Positions 16,531 to 28,683 of a stretch of DNA of 64,000 nt are shown here, in pieces. This stretch comes from Eledone cirrhosa (taxonomy: Eukaryota). The notes under the pieces are model-generated. The model was not told the DNA's origin and did no database searches. It saw only the letters and a list, made by a program, of their open reading frames with translations. The DNA is taken from the NCBI GenBank assembly GCA_964016885.1, contig OZ024745.1:107818001-107882000 (forward strand). Direction: 5' to 3'. The position numbers and the translations under genes were made by a program. How positions within the stretch are numbered: position 1 is the stretch's first letter; each line of letters starts with the position of its first letter.

Positions 16531-16817
16531 GAAAAAAATGGGGAAAAGAATACTGCAGGTTGCACATGGATAACATGTTATAAAATGAGTCCCTCATCAG
16601 TGATTTGCCAACGGTCATAGATATTTCATTGCATTAAAAATCATATACCTCACGTTGGTGCAATAATATCTAAATTAAGTTATTAGGACAATTAAAACGC
16701 GTAAAGCGAGTGAGACAAGTAACAACAAAGAGGAAAGCTAACCGTAGATAGGAAGAGGCCAAGCTACATAGTTATTCTATCAGCATAAGCTGGGTGAATA
16801 TATGAGCGCGTATATAC

Positions 16818-17187
16818 ACAAAGGGCGGAAGAACTCATAAGAGTCAACGGCCATCCGAAAGTGTGTAAATATGTATATACACATGTACCGCAGGGTTAAA
16901 CCACTGGGAGTGAAGGACCCCAAGCCTTTCTAGGAGAAGGCAACTCAGGAAACTGGGATAACTCCGACATAAAACCTGCGGCTCAGTAGTTACCGATGAT
17001 GTTGATCTTTTCTTCTTTTTGGGTTATAGTTACTGTCGCTCAGAGAGTGGGATTGGCTCAGTGCACAGTCTTTCCTCACTTTAAGAAATATCTTCATGCA
17101 CAGGCATTGCACGATAGAAATAATTACTAATTATTAATAATGGTACATCGTGCAATGGCCATACTCGATAACGAGGGGGCAGACATC
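16818..17187 (+). mobile_element. Non-autonomous RTE-derived element, subfamily B2 (5'-truncated)
   Basis: Closely matches 39470-39942 and the reverse complement of 44451-44917. 3' hairpin CTCG-ATAA-CGAG followed by (AT)n. Confidence 0.75.
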
Positions 17188-17433
17188 ATATATATATATA
17201 CATACACATATATATATATATATATATGTGTGTGTGTATGTGTGTGTGTCTTCCCTTTATCTCCCCTTCTTTCTTTATTTCACTCTCTCCTTTTCCTTCC
17301 CATTGATTTCATTGAATGTATAAATATTTGTTGTTTTTTACGATTTCTATTCCACTATCAAACCCTGTCTAAACTGTATAACTAGAGTCTATCTCTATAT
17401 CTATCTAATTTTCATACACACACACACACACAC

Positions 17434-17940
17434 TGGGACAGGTTCTACTGGGATACATGTTGCCAGTAGCACCAACTGGTGACCTGACATACAAAGGAGC
17501 TCTTAAGAGTCAATGGCCATCCTAAATCACCGGGAGAGATGGCCCCTTAGCCTTTGTCAAGGCAGAATTCTAGGACAAGGAAAACTCTGATATAAAACCT
17601 GCAACCCTGATGGAATCCAATGATGTTGACTTGTTCTTCTTTTTGGTAAATATCATCTTAGTTAAGAGAGTGGGACTGGCTTTGTGCAGTGCCTTTGCTC
17701 ACTATAAAAGCTTCACGGCACAGGCATTGCTTTATATCTGGAGATCTCTCTGCACTTGTCGTCACATGGTACCATGAGCCCAGCACTATGTGTCAATAAT
17801 TGTCACAAGTGTAGTGTTTGTACCAGAGTTTTCAAGTCGCTGGCTGGACTAAAAAGTCACACTCGTTCAGCGCATCGGTAGGGGTTCTCCTACATGGATA
17901 TAAAGTAGTGGCCGTACTCGAAAACGAGTTGGCAGCCACC
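17434..17940 (+). mobile_element. Non-autonomous RTE-derived element, subfamily B1, with inverted 5' end
   Basis: 17492-17940 matches 50828-51293. 17434-17488 is the reverse complement of the family 5' end. Confidence 0.8.
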
Positions 17941-17974
<34 letters not shown>

Positions 17975-17975
<1 letters not shown>

Positions 17976-18514
17976 AAATAAATAGGATTTCGCTTCAAGC
18001 ATAGCTTTATACAATATGTATAATAATTTCGTATTTCCGAAGAAATACGGTTTTAGGAAGCCGTAGCTATGCAAACACCGGGGGGCTACCGCTCTCCGGT
18101 GATGTCCAGCAGAAGCAAGGGGGACAACCGTCTATGCATTTCAGGCTTAACTGGCCTTCGTCAGGACGGTCCCTCTCACCGCTTGCGACTGCTGGACTAG
18201 AAGACAGGCGAGAATATATAGTTTTCTCGTCTGGGTAAATGAGGTGATTAATCTCATTTGCATATGAAGCTGCATAAGTTGGCCTAACTTATAATAGAAA
18301 AGAAATAGGATTTCGCTTCAAGCATAGCTTTATACAATTTGTATAAATATTTCCAAAGAAATACGGTTTTAGGAAGCCGTAGCCTATATATTCTCGCCTG
18401 TCTTTTAGTCCAGCAGTCGCAAGCTAGTTAAGCCTGAAATGCATAGATGGTTGTCCCCCTTGCTTCTGCTGTACATCACCGGAGGGCGGTAGCCGCCCGG
18501 TGTTTGCATAGCTA
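17975..18514 (-). mobile_element. Penelope-like pLTR remnant with tandem plus inverted architecture
   Basis: Direct repeat 17981-18067 / 18303-18383. Inverted repeat 18064-18220 / 18385-18514. Contains a hammerhead and abuts (TA)n. Confidence 0.75.
18127..18170 (-). ncRNA. Canonical minimal type I hammerhead ribozyme
   Basis: Minus strand: ACCGTC CTGACGA AGGC-CAGTTAA-GCCT GAAA TGCA TA GACGGT. Stems I and II are perfect and loop III is the palindrome TGCA. Confidence 0.9.
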
Positions 18515-18819
18515 ATTAATAACCCTAGTTATTAATAAACCTAGTTGAATGCTTACTTTCAGCCAATTAATAACCCTAGTTGAATGCTTACTTAAAGGAT
18601 GCGCGTGAACTTTTCCATTAACTTACCCCGTCTTTTAGACACACATCGGACATACAGAGGCTTGTTTCCAAGCCGCTGGCAGACATACGAAAACAGAGTT
18701 GGCTACTGCCAGCATGCTGGATGCCTGAAAAAATATCTTATTTTTCCCTGTGTTATTTACTGAACAAACTCGCTAAAGAGCCTATGCCAACTCCGAGTTA
18801 TCCAACTGATTGTTGGAAT

Positions 18820-19000
18820 ATTGGCAGTATCAGTAGAGGGTCGGACGCCATGCTTTCCAGCATAGTTACGTCCCTTTACGATCTGAGTTCAAATCCCGCT
18901 GAGGTTGACTTTGCCTTTCATCCTTACGGGGTCGATAAAATAAAGTACCAGTAATGCACGGGGTAATTTCTGGCCTTGTGCCTAAAGTAGAAACAATTAT
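18820..19000 (+). mobile_element. SINE family A
   Basis: Near-identical to the reverse complements of 22120-22304 and 62982-63166. Confidence 0.85.
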
Positions 19001-19415
19001 TTACATAACTGATACTAACAGTTTAGCATTGGTGAAACCAGCATTGGTTTGGGTGTATATCAATATTTTTTATATTTGTTTCATTAATTGGTTTGATTTG
19101 TCGATTACTTGCTATTAGTTGTATTGATTATATTGATAAGCGTAATTATTTTGTCTAATTATTACTACCATACTACTAAATTTTCATAAGTATAATCTGT
19201 TTCTGGAATTCATTTCAGTTATCAATGACTAAGATAGAGCGTGGCACGAATCATCGAAGCGTGAGAATTCCAAATGCAGAAAATGAGAGTAATAACAATT
19301 GATTGCTGTAGATAATAGCTGATGGAAACAGGCAAAATAACCCAAGAAACGTGGAAAAAGTGGTCAGAGGTGCCTACGAGGAGTCGAATCCCATATCTCT
19401 CTGTTTTAAGTTGTT

Positions 19416-19500
<85 letters not shown>

Positions 19501-19592
19501 CTAAAAGATGAAAGGACCAGAGCGGTATTTGAACCCAGATCGCAGAAGCTCGGAACAAATGTCCAATTTTTTTTGTGTTTGTATTGTATATA

Positions 19593-19800
19593 TCATCATC
19601 ATCATCATCATCATCAACGTTTAACGTCCGTGTTCCACGCTTGCATGGGTTTGGACGGGGGTTTTCCCACTTGAGGCAAGAGTGATTGTCTTGCTCGCAT
19701 AGGACTGTCTGGCGGGTTTTCTACAGCTGGATGCCCTTCCTAACACCAACCACATTTACAGTGTGGGGCTGGGAGGTTTTTACCGTGTTGCCTACACGGC
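19593..19800 (-). mobile_element. SINE 3' fragment ending in an (ATG)n tail (related fragment at 10372-10490)
   Basis: Both share (CAT)n..CGTTTAA.GT..GCATGGG.T.GACGGG. The GGATGCCCTTCCT motif is common in invertebrate SINE bodies. Confidence 0.5.
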
Positions 19801-19808
19801 CACATTAC

Positions 19809-19853
<45 letters not shown>

Positions 19854-20460
19854 AATCTCCTTGAGTCACACATCAAAACACAACCTGATCTCAGTTTAAC
19901 AATCGCCACCGACGAATGCGAGAAAGTTCTCCAGGAAAGTTAACCAGGAATCTTTAAAAAGCCCCCCGCTGAAATTAACAAAGAACTTACCAGATCTACA
20001 AAACCAAATTGCAAAATCATATTGTAAAATTAAATCAAATTGATGGAGGGTTTGTGGTTTTTGAAAAACCACAAACCATCCATCTCAATTCTACTTTTGA
20101 AAAGGACAAGAACTGAGAAACTGGTAAAGGAACTAAATAAATATTCTTTAAAAGACTCCAGTTGCATTTTCGATTTCATCTTTTTTCCTTATAATTTCAC
20201 TCGTGTAGGATATCTCGTATTTTTTTTTATTTTGTAAAAAAAACCTCATTTTCTAATATATATATATATATAAAGAATTTATATCTAGTAACATTTATAT
20301 ACATACAGATGCATATCAATGCTAGCAAATATATAGGTTTTGTCTTAGTAACATTGTGGTTCAATGCATGGGGTTGCAGAACAATAATATGAGAGACGTA
20401 AGATAAGAAAATTATAAAATTATAAAAAAATTATAAAATTGACTTACTTACTAAAATATC

Positions 20461-20542
20461 ACTTCCAACTAATTAGTTTCTGGAATGGAGTAAATATATT
20501 TTCCGAAGAACATATAGAAAAGCATTCCGTCATCAGGAAAGT
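20461..20542 (-). ncRNA. Hammerhead ribozyme (left arm)
   Basis: Minus strand: ACTTTC CTGATGA CGGAATG..CATTCCA GAAA CTAATTAG TT GGAAGT, with palindromic loop III. Confidence 0.8.
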
Positions 20543-20773
20543 CTCTTTTCATGTAAGTTTCCAGGCATAGCGAGGACTCTGGAAACTTATTAAAAAAATA
20601 ATTCAGTGGAGAGGAAATAGCGAAGCGTGGACTGAAATCCTAGCCATTGAGAAAATCACTGTCTCTACGTCCGTGGCAAACTCAAAAAGAATCAATCACG
20701 TGACATCGAGGTCAATCAGTGGAAAGCGAGTTTCCAGAGTCCTCGCTATGCCTGGAAACTTACATGAAAAGAG

Positions 20774-20855
20774 ACTTTCCTGACGACGGAATGGTTTTCT
20801 CTATGTTCTTCGGAAAATATATTTACTCCATTCCAGAAACTAATTAGTTGGAAGT
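20774..20855 (+). ncRNA. Hammerhead ribozyme (right arm)
   Basis: ACTTTC CTGACGA CGGAATGG..CCATTCCA GAAA CTAATTAG TT GGAAGT. Confidence 0.8.
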
Positions 20856-20919
20856 GATATTTTAGTAAGTAAGTCAATTTTATAATTTTTTTATAATTTT
20901 ATAATTTTCTTATCTTACG

Positions 20920-20993
<74 letters not shown>

Positions 20994-21215
20994 CCCTTCA
21001 TCCTTTCGAGGTCGATAAAAAAAGAACCGACTGGGGTCGATTCTTCCTCTTTCTCATTCCTCTCTATCATTTTCTATCTTTCTCTGGAAGAAATCAACGG
21101 TACTCAGCCCTGTAAAGGCATAGGACCCGCCAGGTTTATGTGCCCAAGAAACGCCAATTGTCAATACCACGCCCCTACGACTCTAACATGAGTTACGGGA
21201 ACATACAAGCATACA
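20994..21215 (+). mobile_element. Composite SINE (A-type core, CT-rich linker, distinct tail); fuller copy at 41190-41610
   Basis: The tail TCTCTGGAAGAAATC..GTACTCAG..CCAAGAAACGCC..GCCCCTACGACTCTA..GAGTTAC..CATAC is shared by both copies. Confidence 0.6.
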
Positions 21216-21232
21216 TATATTACTACTATAGA

Positions 21233-21307
21233 GGTCCGACGAGCTAAAGATTCCAGAGTCGGGCCAGATGGAACCTTGAGATGATCAATAGCGAAACGCG
21301 CGTCACC
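21233..21307 (+). ncRNA. Hammerhead ribozyme, CCGACGA core variant with branched stem II
   Basis: GGT CCGACGA GCTA..TAGC GAAA CGCGCG TC ACC. GUC cleavage triplet and palindromic loop III, followed by AATAAA and (TA)n. Confidence 0.75.
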
Positions 21308-21373
21308 AAGTAATAAACGTATTGAAGGCATAACCATTTGTCCATATATATATATATATAAGTGTGTCTGTGT

Positions 21374-21416
<43 letters not shown>

Positions 21417-21443
21417 TATATTTAAATGTGTGTGTGTGTACAC

Positions 21444-21478
<35 letters not shown>

Positions 21479-21520
21479 CACATAAATATATTCATACATA
21501 CATAAAAACATACATTCATA

Positions 21521-21594
<74 letters not shown>

Positions 21595-22119
21595 CACATA
21601 TACACATATATATATATATAATTGTAGATGTATATATATAATCACATATATACACATGTTTACATATACATATATATATATACGAATAATCACACATGGC
21701 ATAGCTCATCTATTTATGCCACCAACAGAGAAGGTAGTAAACAATCCAACCTCGCGAATCCCTCCCTAATCCGACCAAACAAACAAACAACAAAATAGCC
21801 AGCCATCTTAGAACAATCATGGATGGTTTTATTTATATAGTAATATCTTAATATGGTTCAGCCGCCACACACATATTTAGACATACAACATGCATTTATA
21901 GAATAACTTAAAGCTCTGACTTCATGTTTTAATAAACAGATATATTGGATTAAGTATTTATAGCTGAATTTTTGGGATTGCTATTTGGTCCCTTGGCTCC
22001 ATTTATTTTAAGGCGGCGAAAGAATGATTTGTCGCATCTGGTCTGGCTTTCTGCGATTTGAGTTCAAATCCCACCTGTCACCCTCTTCAGCTTGTTAAAT
22101 AAAGAACAAGTACAGTAAT

Positions 22120-22304
22120 TGTCTCTACTTTAGGCACACGGCCAGCAATAACCCAGTGCATTACTGGTACTTTATTTTATCGACCCCGGAAGGATGAAAG
22201 GCAAAGTCAACCTCGGCGGGATTTGAACTCAGATCGTAAATGGACGTAACTATGCTGGAAAGCATGGCGTCCGACCCTCTACTGATACTGCCAATCCACC
22301 GCCC
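22120..22304 (-). mobile_element. Full-length young SINE family A with 21-bp target-site duplication
   Basis: ATAAAGAACAAGTACAGTAAT at 22099-22119 and 22307-22327. Confidence 0.9.
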
Positions 22305-23409
22305 ATATAAAGAACAAGTACAGTAATGAGGGTTGAATCTTCTATTTTCTGTTATCCTTTTCTCTCACATTCTCTCCCTCTCTGGAAGAAGTTGGATGTG
22401 TTTAGACATGCCGTAGGATTGGCATCGATACGTTTTAAAATGTCACAGAGGGTTAAAGGCTTTTCAACTTTTTTTTTACTTAGTTATTTTCTAGTTCGGA
22501 AGCGTAAAGGCAAAAATTATCGTCAGTGGGATTTTAAACCAGAACATTCCTAACTAAATACAGTAAAATATTTAGTCAGATACTCTGTCGATTCTACCCT
22601 TACACACCCTTTACGACCACATTCATTATGATCTTTTTACTTCTAAATGTCTGTGCATGAATGTGTGTGTGTGTGTGCGTGTGTGTGTGTGTGTGCGTGT
22701 GTGTGTGCGAGTGTGGGGGGGGGTCACAGTTCTATCTGTATATCTGTATAATAAATGTTATTTTTACATTTTAAAGAGTGAGTGTTTGTATAAAATATGT
22801 TGCATGCCTTTATATAAAAGATGTTATTATATTAAGGTTGACTGTATTGCTTTCTGTTTGTTCCAATGAAAAGCAGCGTTTTTGGGATCTTTTTTTTTTT
22901 TTTTTTGTGTCGAAATAAATCGAATATATGGCTTAAGTGTTTTGTAGCTAAGGATAGTCAACGAATGGAATAAAAAATTCAAAAACAGCGGCAAAGTGGC
23001 AAATATTACGCAAATGAGTCATATTTTTGTTATTGACTTTAGATATATTTGGGCAACATAAATCTAAAAATATCTTACAGAATTGCACAAAAAAAATTGC
23101 TTTGAAATTTGCCAATGACCTTTGGATTGTTGTGGTAACTTCACCTGGAAGTTAAACGCGGATACACCACTATGAGGTAGAGAGTGGACGCTAAATTGTT
23201 GAATAGAAGCATCCTCAAGACGATGTGTCATTTTAGAACTTGCAAGATGCAAGAACATTATCTTACTGCTCATTATAGTGAGATGCTACGTGATAGGATA
23301 AGGGCTGCAATTCGAATCAAAGATGTACTGCTGAGGATTACTGTCAAAAGGCAAGGTATTGTGGCATAACGATGCTTGTACTCATATTGTTACTCTCATT
23401 TTTTAGGTA

Positions 23410-23550
23410 CGTAACTTAGTGGTTATGGTGTTCGGCTCACAATTGTAAAGTCGTGAGTTCGATTCCTAGTGACGCGTTGTGTCCTTCAGCGAGACATTTT
23501 ATCTAACGTTGTTTTATTCCATTCAGATGGCAAAGATGAATTGCATTTGT
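23410..23550 (+). mobile_element. Degenerate tRNA-derived SINE (second family)
   Basis: TAGTGGTT..GAGTTCGATTCC..GTTGTGTCCTT, related to 27755-28030 and 50090-50212. Confidence 0.6.
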
Positions 23551-23668
23551 AATTTTATGGGGAGGCTCTTCTGTTGGTGATGAGACGCCGCGGCTCGTCT
23601 TCGAAACGGATAGGAATGCCACGATTAAACAACATACACGCATGCGCACACATTTCCACACACAGACA

Positions 23669-23721
<53 letters not shown>

Positions 23722-23789
23722 CTCCTGCAGAAGGGCTAAAGCCCGACACTAATAAACGTGAAACTAATAAGACTTTTTGTACCTGGAAC

Positions 23790-23837
<48 letters not shown>

Positions 23838-24332
23838 ACCAGGATTAAATTAAATTAAGTCATTGAATTGACTGAAGAACGCTTCGATTACTATAACTAT
23901 AACTATAACTATAATTCATTACTACTATAGTGATCGCATCAGAATCTATTTGATAAAATAAATATTATGGACATATGTTGGTAAATATCTATGTAATTTA
24001 ATCGATCTTGATAAGATCAATATAACAGGAATGAATATTCCTGTTGTGTTGATCAAAACGTTCGTCAATCTATTAAAGGATTTAATCCTGGTTATTTTTA
24101 TTTATTTACATATATGCTCTGTGATGTTGCCTATTTATCTGCGGTCTATAAAATCACATTTCAGCTTTGAAATATTATTTGCCGTTATGGTTGTGTTACC
24201 AACTATCAACTCATCTAAACAATTATAAGTATATATATATATATATATGAAAAGTGTAATTTTCTACACAAAACGAAGGTTATAGAGAAAATTGAGGTTG
24301 GTAATGGCACATGGAATATATATATATATATA

Positions 24333-24404
<72 letters not shown>

Positions 24405-24434
24405 TAAAGGGTATATACATATAAGCTAGACAGA

Positions 24435-24472
<38 letters not shown>

Positions 24473-24543
24473 TTTGGCAACCATTCACGGTGTGGCTCAA
24501 TGACGAATTAATTAAATAATTAATATTCAGAGCAATATATTAA

Positions 24544-25438
24544 AAGTAAGTCCATAGAATCATAAGATAAAATATATACAGTATTTCTTCCCACAATCAG
24601 CATAATCAATCACACAAAAAATCATTTAAACGAGGCTATAAGTTTCAAATATACTTATGAAGAAACAATAGATAAATGATATAGCTTTTTATCCGGGACT
24701 CACAGCTACAGAAAATTTACCTTGTATTTCTGATAGCCTGTAGATATTGACTAGACATATAGTTAAACATACATAATTAGCTACAAAATCAAAGTTAGAA
24801 GAAACAATGTACATAAACATACCAAAATCATCAAAATATCTCTACCCCCGGCGTTTTCATTCACTTTTTGGATATATCCGATCTTGGATAAATCAACGAG
24901 TTTGGAAATCACCAGGAGATAAACTCAATTGGACAAAGCTACTCGCCGACAGGCACCAATCACAAACTTTCTATATTGACCACTAGCCAGGTGACGATTC
25001 TTAGTCATTTTAAATTCGTTTCTGGCGGGGATCATGTAAAAATCTTTGTCTAATTGAGTTTATCTCCTGATGATTTCCAACCTCGTTAATTTATCCAAGA
25101 TCAGATATATCCAAAAAGTGAATGAAACCGCCGGGGTAGAGATATTTTGATGATTTGGGTATGTTTATGTAAATTTTTTCTTCTAACTTTGATTTTGTAC
25201 CTAATTATGTATGGTTAACTATATTTCTAGTCAATTTCTACAGGCTATCAAAAATACTAGGGAAATTTTTTGTAGCTGTGAGTCGCGGATAAAAAGCTAT
25301 ATCATTTATCTATTGTTTCTTCATAAGTATATTTGAAACTTATAGCCTCGTTTAAATGATTTTTTGTGTGGTTGATTTATGGTGATTGGGAGAAGAAATA
25401 CTGTATATATTTTATCTAATGATTCTAAGGACTTACTT
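24544..25438. repeat. About 395-bp-arm inverted repeat with a 105-bp spacer, in a (TA)n-flanked island
   Basis: 24544-24938 is the reverse complement of 25044-25438 with scattered mismatches. Confidence 0.9.
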
Positions 25439-25458
25439 ATATATATATATATATATAT

Positions 25459-25540
25459 ATACTATACTATACTATACTATACTATACTATACTATACTAT
25501 ACTATACTATACTATACTATACTATACTATACTATACTAT
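25459..25540. repeat. (ACTAT)n pentanucleotide microsatellite
   Basis: About 16 perfect units. Confidence 0.95.
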
Positions 25541-26331
25541 AAATACAGCAAACTTCTTTCCTTTACCTTTTCTACGGAAGTACATATACATACATATACA
25601 TATATACATATATATATACATATATATACATATATACTGCGTATTGAGTACCTTACTTACTTTGGTTACGCACGATTAAACGCAGGATGCACATTTATAT
25701 ATATATATATATATTGATTACTTTGCAGTTAGTGGCAGTTGTAGTTATGGTGGAGATAATGTTGGAGGAGGTGGTTATAGTGATAGTTATCATGATATAA
25801 ATAACATCTGCTTCGTATTTACATATATATTTTCGAAGAAATCATATATATATGTATATATATATAGAGAGAGAGAGAGGGGGCGGGGGGAGAGGGAGAC
25901 TGGGGGAAGAGTTGAGGGAGGAGGGAGAGAGAGACTGGGGGAAGAGTTGAGGGAGAAGAGAGAGGGAGAAAGAGAGACTGATTTATTCCATGTGCAAGTG
26001 ATGTAAAATAATGAAACAAAGATAGAGAACAGAACTAAAGAAAATAATCTAACACCTAAAACAACAATTAGCCTACGAGGTAAATATATATGGTTAATAG
26101 CTAGAAATAGCACCCACGTTATACTCAAATTACATCGAAAAACGAAGGACACAATGGACAATGTTAGTATAATAACTCCAAAAATTTGGACATTGATCAT
26201 ATGTGAACTTTCTCAGGAATGATCTGTGACTAAACAACAATAACAGAAACTACTAAATGAATCAACGAGGTACCATTCATCTTCTTGCTTGACCTGCTAG
26301 AAATAGCAGCCATGTTTCGTTCAAAACATAC

Positions 26332-26503
26332 AGTATCGGTGGAGGACGGACGCCATGCTTCCCAGCATAGTTACGTCCCTTTACAGCCTCAGTTCAAATA
26401 CCGTTAGGTATACTTTGCCTTTCATCCTTACGGGGTTGATAAAATAAAGTACCAGTAATGTACTGGGTAATTGCTGGCCTTATGCCAAAAGTAGAAACAA
26501 TTA
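26332..26503 (+). mobile_element. SINE family A nested in an older repeat
   Basis: Family A core and tail. The flanks carry CTGCTAGAAATAGCAGC and CTAAACAACAAC motifs also seen near 3640, 5600-5770 and 48480-48570. Confidence 0.75.
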
Positions 26504-26824
26504 TAAAGAGGGGACACTTGGGATGATACAAACTTAGATTCGGGTGTCTGAAAAAAAGTAGGTCTTGATAGTTAAGGGTGGAAATATTTTGGTTATAGGC
26601 TTGCTTACTCAGCGTTTAACTGGTTCTAAACAACAACAAATGCATCATTATTCAACGGAGAGCCTCTCGGTGCTAAATTGAATTGATGAAAAAAGCAGGG
26701 AGGATATGTTCAATGATGTTTACCCTAGATATACGATATCTACAGGGTCAAAGTAGTAACAAAAAGAGAAAAATACAACAGCAAAGAGGGGCGGTAGAAG
26801 CACTTCTGAATCGAGGGAGGGAGG

Positions 26825-27730
26825 GGGCAAAATTTGGTCAATTTAGCTATAGTGATTAGTTTAGTTCTTTGCACTCTAAAATAGTCAGAAAACTTCGATA
26901 TGCGATAAACATAACATGTAGATAAATTGTAGCGCATATCCAAATATATGTATGTTTTGGTAGTTTGGGGGAGAAAATATATAATTATTTTTGGGGGTGG
27001 TGGACATTACAAAAACATTACAAGAAATCCCACAATTACCGATTTCCCAAGCCCTCAACTCTTATTCCCATCCCACCTATTATTTGAGACCCTCTCTATG
27101 TCTACTACACGGCACTCTCCCATTATCCTTTCTCTATACCTACAACCACCCAATTCTCCCCCTCTATATCTAACATACAAAACACTCTCCCAATCCCCCT
27201 CTTTATATCAATCATCTCCAAACTCTCCTCTCTCGCCAGCTCTACCACACTCTCTCGTAATCGTTCTCACTCTATCCAATACAAACTCTCCCTTCTCTAT
27301 ATTTAGCAATATGTATCTCTCCCAACCCCCTCATTATATCTACAAGCATTGAAATCTACACCCTCTATATCTATCAATACATATCTCTATCAACCTTCTC
27401 ACTCTATTCCTTACCACCAAATAATACCCCTCTCTCCATCAACCATACAACACTATCTTCCAATCCCTCTCTTTATATCTACTACAGGGAACTGTCTTCG
27501 AACCCCTCTCTGTGTCAATTAGCACCAAACTTTCCCCCTCTCTATATCTACTACACGGAACTCTCTTTTGATAATCCTCTCTATATCAGTTAACACCAAA
27601 CTCTCCCCCTCTCTATATCTACTACATGGAACTCTCTTCCAATCCCCCTCTTTATATCAATAAATATCAATCTCTCCACCTCTCTATATCTAATATACAA
27701 CACACTCTCACAACCCCCCTCTCTATATCA
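26825..27730. repeat. Dispersed element with internal pyrimidine-rich tandem array (second copy 38710-39330)
   Basis: Shared head AAATTTGGTCAATTTA..TAGTGATT..CTTCGATATG..TAACATGTA.ATAAATTGTAGCG, plus units like CCCCCTCTCTATATCTACTACACGGAACTCTCTTCCAAT. Confidence 0.7.
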
Positions 27731-27754
27731 TGGATGTATGTATAAATGTAAGTG

Positions 27755-28030
27755 GAGGCACGTGTCCTGGTGGTAAATGTGTTGAACTTACGGTCATAAT
27801 ATCGTGGGTTCGATTCCTGGGTTGCGTGTTGAGTTCCTGAGCAAAACACTTCATTTCATGTTGCTCCAGTATACTCAGCTGTAAAGGAGTACCAGCAATA
27901 GCTGGGGGTTTAACCCTGTGATGGAGTGGCGTCCTGTCTAGAGGGGAGTCTTGTACTCTCAGTTGCTTCACGCAATGAAACCGGGATAAACACCGGCGGT
28001 CAAATTAGCCTTCTGGCTTAAGACAGACTT
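27755..28030 (+). mobile_element. tRNA-derived SINE with CORE-like body
   Basis: A-box-like head, B-box GGTTCGATTCC, then TGAGCAAAACACTT and AACCCTGTGATGGA.TGGCGTCC blocks. Confidence 0.65.
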
Positions 28031-28174
28031 TAGACTTTTAGATTCATGTATATATCTATGGATATATGTAGGAAGGCATCATGAATGTATGTGTGAAGGT
28101 TGTATGTATGTATGTATGTATGTATGTATGTATGTATGTATGTATGTATGTATGTGTGTGTGTGTGTGTGTATG

Positions 28175-28683
28175 TATCCGATGATGTTGACCAGTTCTCC
28201 TTTTCGGATAGTGTTTTCGATGCTCAGAGAGTGGGATTGGTCGAGTACAAGGCCTTTCCTCACTTAAAAAACTTTCAAAGAACAGGCACTGCTTGTTCAG
28301 GATCTGTTACAGGTTTGTATGGCTGGCCGTAGCCTAAAAGTGCACCAAACTCTATAATCTGACAAGCGATTGCAATACTCTTAGCAGAGTTTGCAGCCAT
28401 TATGTACGTATGTGTGTATGTATGTATGTATGTATGTATTTATGTCCATACATACATACATACATACATACATACATACATACATACATACATACATACA
28501 TACATACATACATACAATGGGCCCAGCACTATATGTCAATGATTGTCACAAGTGTAGTGTTTGTACCAGAGTTTTCAAGTCGCTGGCTGGACTAAAAAGT
28601 CACACTCGTTCGGCGCATCGGTAGGGGTTCTCCTACATGGATATAAAGTAGTGGCCGTACTCGAAAACGAGTTGGCAGCCACC
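28175..28683 (+). mobile_element. Two RTE-derived fragments: B3 (28175-28370) and B1 3' end (28517-28683)
   Basis: They match 53436-53610 and 53098-53264 respectively and are embedded in (ATGT)n/(TACA)n. Confidence 0.75.

Larger units (their letters stand above)
20272..20929. mobile_element. Fold-back hammerhead element in (TA)n: arms 20387-20587 and 20729-20929 plus a one-sided tail 20272-20386
   Basis: About 200-bp near-perfect inverted repeat. The same family occurs at 56716-57012. Confidence 0.85.

Noticed and set aside
20038-20090. Hairpin GGTTTGTGGTTTTT/AAAAACCACAAACC as a hammerhead
   Set aside because: The hairpin is real and lies in a TA-flanked island, but both catalytic core strands are missing.
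26950-27730. Repeat-spacer-like periodicity resembling CRISPR
   Set aside because: Degenerate tandem units without unique spacers, in eukaryotic context with no cas genes.
28517-28624. C2H2 zinc finger suggesting a host ZNF gene
   Set aside because: Present in four dispersed repeat copies as the 3' tail of a retro-derived element.
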